Source of the DNA: Nitrospinota bacterium
GTDB taxonomy: Bacteria > UBA8248
Length of the DNA: 64,000 bases
NCBI GenBank assembly: GCA_030754595.1
Contig: JASLZZ010000056.1
Location: forward strand, 19,805 to 83,804
Reading direction: 5' to 3'
Shown: positions 58,892-64,000 of the stretch, piece after piece
How the letters are laid out: every line of letters starts with the position of its first letter
How positions within the stretch are numbered: position 1 is the first letter of the stretch
Notes under the pieces: generated by a model
Database searches by the model: none
Seen by the model: only the letters and a program-made list of their open reading frames with translations
Told to the model about the DNA's origin: nothing
Made by a program: the position numbers and the translations under genes

Positions 58892-59545
58892 TTATTTCCC
58901 GCCGTATTGTTTATATTTCACCGATGCGGCGGTGCCCCGCTTCGCGGACTCGGGCGTTTTCAGCTCGAGCACATAGGGGCGATCGACCGAGGCGGCGCGG
59001 ACGGCATCGAGGAGTCCCTCGTCGTCCTGCCCCTCCCAATCTCCTTCCTCGAGCTTCACGAAAACCGGATTGCCGCTCTCGAAGAGCAGGGTCGGCACCC
59101 CGAAAACGCCGTATTCGCCCTCGGCCTCTTCGTGATCCGCGGCGAGGAGCGGAATGCCCGCGCCGTTTTTCATGTCCTCCTCCCAGCGCTCCACGTCGAG
59201 CCCCACCTCGATAGCAACGTCCCGGAGGACGAGCTGGTTGGTGATGTCCTTTCCATCCCGATGCTTCGCCCGGTGGAGGACGACATGATATTTGGCGAAC
59301 TGGCCTTCGCCCTGGAGGGCGGCGCATTTCGAGGCCTCGAGCGAGGGGATGTCGCGGCTGGCCATGCGCTTATCTTCCCATGCCTTCCAGTCCTCACCGC
59401 GCGCGCTGGCGAAATTCACCTGCTCAAGTACAAACGACTTGTAGTCCACGCTGAGATCCTTGTTCTTTTCCTGAAGACGAGTGAGCCACTCCGTGGCCCG
59501 GTATGCGTAGGGTCAGACGTAGCAATTCCACATCGTGATATTCAT
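58892..59545 (-). CDS. Putative selenoprotein, DsbA/FrnE-like thioredoxin fold (217 aa, UGA at codon 11)
   Basis: AGGGG RBS, ATG 59545: MNITMWNCYV-UGA(59513-59515)-PYAYRATEWL... in frame with ORF 58892-59449; cis-Pro motif GVFGVPT. Confidence 0.8.
59483..59499 (-). promoter_or_regulatory. Candidate bacterial SECIS hairpin
   Basis: GGGCCAC-GGA-GUGGCUC starting 13 nt after the UGA; G at the start of the loop. Confidence 0.6.
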
Positions 59546-59639
59546 GAAATGTCCCCTTTAATTGGCTGAATCCTGGATAACATGGCGTCTCCATGAATTA
59601 TCGCACAACCGCTTTCCCGCAAGAAACGAAACATCCCGC

Positions 59640-59668
59640 ATATACATAAATAATTTACTTATGTATAT
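59640..59668. promoter_or_regulatory. Perfect inverted repeat ATATACATAA-N9-TTATGTATAT (candidate operator) next to TTGACA at 59681
   Basis: 10-bp perfect arms in the A/T-rich divergent intergenic region. Confidence 0.55.
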
Positions 59669-59758
59669 TAAATTTTATACTTGACAGACTGTATCTTATT
59701 TGCAATATATATGAACGTACCAGTCAGGTTAAAATCATTATTTTGCAGGGGCAATGAC

Positions 59759-59971
59759 ATGAGCAAACTACAGGCAGTCGAATGCACGGAATGCGGTGAA
59801 TTCTCCCCCACGGACCATATAGGCCCCTTCGGCCCGGTTTGCGACAGGTGCCGTGACTGGGAGTTCCTGGCGGGAGGTCAATTACTCTCGATTCCTTCCC
59901 AACACATTGAAATAAAAAAGGAAATTCAATCCGCCACGCATCAAAAGCGTATTCTCGTTGCCCAGTCTTGA
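59759..59971 (+). CDS. Small CxxC...CxxC (Zn/Fe finger) protein
   Basis: MSKLQAVECTEC...VCDRC; AGGGG RBS; overlaps the hemD-like start. Confidence 0.55.
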   Translation: MSKLQAVECTECGEFSPTDHIGPFGPVCDRCRDWEFLAGGQLLSIPSQHIEIKKEIQSATHQKRILVAQS

Positions 59972-60791
59972 CGGCCGCATCATCGTCATCACTGGCCAGC
60001 GGCGCGCCGGCGAGATGTCGGAGCTGGTTCGCCGCTTGGGAGGAGAGCCCTATATCGCCTCAACGGTGAGCCTTCGCTTCGAGGATTCAGCCCAAGAGGC
60101 CGAGCGTCTGGCCAAGGAAGTTATCGAGGGAGTGGACTGGGCGGTTTTCTATACCGGGGTGGGTGTCCGGGCCCTATTCGATGCCGCCGAAAGTGGCGGC
60201 TGTGCCGGGGCCTATCTTGAGAGCCTCAAGGCCGCCAAGGTCCTCTCTCGGGGAAGAAAAGCCCTCCGGGCGCTCAGGGAGGGCGGCCGGCCGCCCGACT
60301 TCCAGGCCGAGCCGGGAACCACCGAGGGCGTCATCTCGTCTCTAACCGAAGCCGGGGTAATAACCGAAGCCGGGGGGAACGGCGCCTCGGTATTCATCCA
60401 AACGCCCGGAGCGATGCCAAGCGCCCTTCCCCGGGCCCTCGCTCCCTACGAAGTGCGGCTGATTCACGGCTCCCCCTACCGGATCCTCCCGTCCGAGGAC
60501 CCCGGGGCCGTCTCCCGACTTATCGGCCGCCTCCTCGATGGCGGAATCGACGCCATCACGTTCACCAGCCCCCCGGCGGTGAATAATCTTTTCGTCGCGG
60601 CGGACGAGATGGGCCAGGCCGAGGAGCTGGCCGCCGCCCTGAACGAAAGTGTCGCCACTGCCTCGATCGGTCCGGTGACGAGCGATGCGATCCGCGAGAA
60701 CGGGGTCGAGCCCGCCCTCGAGACCGAAAGCCAGCGGATGGGCGGTTTGCTCCAGGATCTCGCGCAGGTGTTCGCGGTCGAAAAAAGTTGA
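59958..60791 (+). CDS. hemD: Uroporphyrinogen-III synthase-like
   Basis: ITGQRRA.E, FYTGVG, SRG.K, DAITFTSPPAV, SIGPVT. Confidence 0.8.
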   Translation: MPSLDGRIIVITGQRRAGEMSELVRRLGGEPYIASTVSLRFEDSAQEAERLAKEVIEGVDWAVFYTGVGVRALFDAAESGGCAGAYLESLKAAKVLSRGRKALRALREGGRPPDFQAEPGTTEGVISSLTEAGVITEAGGNGASVFIQTPGAMPSALPRALAPYEVRLIHGSPYRILPSEDPGAVSRLIGRLLDGGIDAITFTSPPAVNNLFVAADEMGQAEELAAALNESVATASIGPVTSDAIRENGVEPALETESQRMGGLLQDLAQVFAVEKS

Positions 60792-60856
60792 CTCTGAAAA
60801 TGAGAAGAATTTTATTCCGGTTTCTTTAGAAAGCCGATAACCACCAGGAGAAAGAA

Positions 60857-62659
60857 ATGAGCCCGAAATCCACGCCATACGCCGATGAGACCAAGGCCCG
60901 GTCGGTGATTCCGATACTGCCCGAGGAGTTCGACGACTTCGAGACCGAGGCGGCGAGGTTCCGCGGCGGCGCCCTCGACGAAAAAGAGTTCATGGGCTAC
61001 CGCCTCAAGCGCGGGGTCTACGGCCAACGGCAATCGGACGCCCAGATGGTCCGGGTGAAACTTCCCTTCGGCGGGGTCACGGCGGACCAGCTCGAGGCCC
61101 TGGGGCAAGTCGCCCGGGACTTCGCGCCGCTGAACAAGGGCCACGTCACCACCCGAGAAAATGTTCAGTACCATTTCATTCCCCTCGAGCAGGCATCGGA
61201 GATTCTAAGAACCCTGGGGGCGGCCGGCCTTTCCTCTCGGGAGGCCTGTGGCAACTGCGTGCGCAACGTGACCGGCTCGCCCTACGCCGGCGTCGACAAG
61301 GACGAGGTCTTCGACCCCACTCCCTACGCCGGAGCCTACGTGCGCTACTTCGTCCGCAAGCCCTTGGTCCAGGATCTCCCCCGGAAATGGAAGGTGGCCT
61401 TCTCGAGCACCGCCGCGGACGACGTTATCGCCGGAATCCACGACCTCGGCTTCATCCCCGTTATCCGAGAGGTGGCGGGTGAGCGGGTCAAGGGTTTCCG
61501 CCTTCTTGTGGGAGGAGGCCTGGCCACCCTGCCCCGGCCGGCCATGGTGCTTTACGATTTTGTCCCGGTCGCCGATTTTCTGCGGGTCAGCGAGGCGATC
61601 CTCCGGGTCTTCAACGACTCCAAGGATCTCCGCAAGACCCGGTTCAAGGCGCGCATCAAATTCCTCGTCTCCTGGATCGGCATCGACGGGCTCAAGGAAC
61701 GCGTCGAGAACGAACTCAAGGAAGAATGGGCGAGCTCGCCCATCGATCCCACCCCCTATCTCTGGGTGGACGATGAAGAGGCGGACCTCCCAGCGGCGGC
61801 GCTACCGATGAACGGCAACGCCGCGAGCCCGAACGGCGACTCGTGGGCTTTTTCGGTGTGGAGGAGCAAGAACGTCAGGGAGCAGCGCCAGCCCGGCTAC
61901 CATGCCGTAGAGGTAGGCCTGCACCTCGGCGACATCCAGGCGGACCAGTTCTTCCGCCTCGCCGATATCAGCCGGCGCTACTCGCGCGGCCGCGCCCGGA
62001 CGAGCTTTGAGCAAAATATCGTCTTTCGCTGGGTCCGGGACGAGGATCTTTACGCCCTCTGGCGCGACCTCGGCCGGGCCGGGCTCGGCGAGGCGGGGGC
62101 GCACGAGATCACCGACATCGTCTCCTGCCCGGGGACCGACTCGTGCAAGCTCGGAATCACCGCCTCCATGGGCCTGGGCGAGGAACTCATCCAGACCCTC
62201 AAGGAGATGAACATCGACGACCCGCTCATCCGCGAGATGCACATCAAGATAAGCGGTTGCCCGAATTCGTGCGGCCAGCACCATCTCGCCAACATCGGCT
62301 TCCACGGCGGAACGCTCCGGGCGGAGGGGAAAATGCTTCCGGCCTACGAAATTTTCCTCGGCGGACAATACGAGAACACCGGGGGAAACACGCGCCTCGG
62401 CGACCGGATTTACATCCGTCTGCCTGCGAAGCGCGTTCCCGAGGGGCTCCAGAAAATTCTCGCCCTCTACCTGAGAGAGCGGCTGGCCGGAGAGCGCTTC
62501 AACGAGTTTTATGCGCGCGCCGGAAAGGGGCCTTTCGAGGAAACCCTCCAAGATCTCCATGTCGGCGGCCAGTTCGGGGACGACCCCGACCTGTTCGTCG
62601 ACTGGAACCGCTCGGAGCCCTATGTGCTCGAACGAGGGGAAGGCGAGTGCATGTCCTGA
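60857..62659 (+). CDS. Siroheme nitrite/sulfite reductase hemoprotein
   Basis: GVYGQRQ, HVTTREN, LPRKWK, SCPGTDSC and SGCPNSCGQH cluster/siroheme cysteines. Confidence 0.92.
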   Translation: MSPKSTPYADETKARSVIPILPEEFDDFETEAARFRGGALDEKEFMGYRLKRGVYGQRQSDAQMVRVKLPFGGVTADQLEALGQVARDFAPLNKGHVTTRENVQYHFIPLEQASEILRTLGAAGLSSREACGNCVRNVTGSPYAGVDKDEVFDPTPYAGAYVRYFVRKPLVQDLPRKWKVAFSSTAADDVIAGIHDLGFIPVIREVAGERVKGFRLLVGGGLATLPRPAMVLYDFVPVADFLRVSEAILRVFNDSKDLRKTRFKARIKFLVSWIGIDGLKERVENELKEEWASSPIDPTPYLWVDDEEADLPAAALPMNGNAASPNGDSWAFSVWRSKNVREQRQPGYHAVEVGLHLGDIQADQFFRLADISRRYSRGRARTSFEQNIVFRWVRDEDLYALWRDLGRAGLGEAGAHEITDIVSCPGTDSCKLGITASMGLGEELIQTLKEMNIDDPLIREMHIKISGCPNSCGQHHLANIGFHGGTLRAEGKMLPAYEIFLGGQYENTGGNTRLGDRIYIRLPAKRVPEGLQKILALYLRERLAGERFNEFYARAGKGPFEETLQDLHVGGQFGDDPDLFVDWNRSEPYVLERGEGECMS

Positions 62660-63105
62660 GCGACGGCCCGGAGGGTTCGGGGCATACGGCCGGCCTCCTC
62701 CTCGGCCACGGAAGCCGCGCGGAGGCGGCCAACGGGGCCATGTACGAGATCGTCCACCGTCTCCAGATCAAATGGCCCGCCTATCGGTTCAGCGCGGCCT
62801 TCCTCGAGATCAACGTCCCATCGATCCCCGAGGGGATCGATTTTCACGCCGAGGCCGGCGCGGATCGAATCATTCTCCTGCCCTACTTCCTGCACCTGGG
62901 CAATCATGTTCGGAAGGACCTGCCCCGCTTCATGGAAGAGGGCCGCCGCCGACATCCCACTGTCGAGATTCAACTCGGCGGGCACCTGGGCTTTCACCCC
63001 AAACTGGTCGAGATCGTCGAGGAGCGCCTTCTGGAGTCCCTCGAACCGGTTCCCTCCGCTTTTTCTTTCCAGGAAAAGGCGCATAGAATAGCCGCATCGC
63101 CCTAG
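62647..63105 (+). CDS. CbiX/SirB-family sirohydrochlorin chelatase
   Basis: LGHGSR, AFLE, LPYFLHLGNHVRKDLP, HLGFHP; exact start uncertain. Confidence 0.85.
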   Translation: MHVLSDGPEGSGHTAGLLLGHGSRAEAANGAMYEIVHRLQIKWPAYRFSAAFLEINVPSIPEGIDFHAEAGADRIILLPYFLHLGNHVRKDLPRFMEEGRRRHPTVEIQLGGHLGFHPKLVEIVEERLLESLEPVPSAFSFQEKAHRIAASP

Positions 63106-63162
63106 TCCTCACCGGCACGGGCGCGCCCGTACGCGCCCGAACTCGCCCGTACGTGCCAGAAT

Positions 63163-63877
63163 GTGAGGATTATTCCGCCCAGCGTATCCTCTGTGCCTCA
63201 TGTACCGGAGATGCCGGATTTGTACACGGCAGCGGCTGTTTTCGCCCTGAGCGCGGCTTTTTTGCTGGCGCTCCGAGACACTGTCGGCCGCCTGGCGGTG
63301 CGGGGAATCGATCCCGTCCTCGGCTCCTCGGTAACGGTAGTTGTAAGCCTCATCGTGTTGACCTCGGTTTCCGCCGCGATGGGGGACTTTCGGACTCCGC
63401 TGCCCGCCTCCGGGCGGCCGGCGGTCTATATCGTCCCGAAACAATTTTAAGGGAATAGGCCTCGCCCTGATGAGCGCGCTCGCACTCGGGGTCTCGACCG
63501 TCCTCGCCCGCAAGGGGATTCCGGCTTTCGCCTCCGCCAACCAGGCGAACCTCTACGCCACCGCCGCCGGGGCCATCGCTTTTCTGCCGTTCCTCTCGGG
63601 AAAACTCTCTAAAGCCGAATTAGGCTCGTGGCCGGCGAAAACGTGGGGGCTCCTATGCCTGACCGGCGCGGTGGCGAGCCTGGGCGTGACGTTTCTTTAC
63701 CTGGCCCTCGCCCGGGCGCCCGTGGTGTTCGCTTTCCCGATCGCGCAGTCGCGCCCGCTTTTCGTCATCGCGATCGCCTGGATTTTTTTCCAGATGCACG
63801 AACGGATAAACCTGCGCGTGGTGGCGGGAGCGGCGGCCATTATCACCGGAGCGGTGACTCTAGAAGTCATTTCATAA
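63163..63877 (+). pseudogene. EamA/DMT transporter with internal deletion and frameshift
   Basis: Two hydrophobic ORFs in different frames (63163-63450, 63470-63877); second EamA repeat complete (PIAQSRPLF, HERIN), first truncated. Confidence 0.6.
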
Positions 63878-64000
63878 CCCTCATGAGTTTTCTCGTCGTG
63901 ATCAGGGCACAAGCCATATGAAAGAATCCACCGTAGGTTTCCATCAGGCGGTCCCATCGCACGGTCAGCCTGCGGAAGTTGCCAAACCAGGCAATCGTCC

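Noticed and set aside
62648..62700. Reductase ends ...GEC-M-S-UGA, superficially another CxxU
   Set aside because: As I recall, homologs end shortly after GEGEC; read-through gives low-complexity sequence out of frame over the chelatase gene, so this UGA is treated as a true stop
63120..63157. 10-nt tandem units (CGCGCCCGTA-like)
   Set aside because: Short degenerate microsatellite before a pseudogene with no evidence of function

Overview
GC-rich bacterial chromosomal window with about 65 protein genes, one tRNA-Leu(GAG), two decayed IS elements and several broken genes; taxonomy cannot be fixed from the sequence alone. The first ~19 kb is an accessory catabolic region with many tandem paralog pairs (D-2-hydroxyacid dehydrogenases, MBL hydrolases, acyl-CoA synthetases, TauE/SafE exporters), plus a chlorite-dismutase-like protein, an orphan TIR/ThsB-like gene and a type III PKS relic. 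The middle is mostly housekeeping (aroA, tag, rimI, pgi-like, gap-pgk-tpiA-secG, peptide ABC transporter, def, M16 peptidase pair, leuC/leuD-like), with a repeat-rich and IS-scarred patch at 24-27 kb and a very basic histone-H1-like protein. The most notable signal, missed by the ORF track, is a minus-strand three-gene unit at 58325-59545 with two in-frame UGA codons, each in a Cys-x-x-UGA motif and followed by a SECIS-like hairpin. It encodes a DsbA/FrnE-like thioredoxin-fold protein (NCYVUPYA), a DUF971 protein and a 57-aa peptide (EYCPTU plus a hydrophobic/basic tail), and is divergent from a siroheme sulfite/nitrite reductase operon. All family calls come from motif recognition by eye; no database searches were run.
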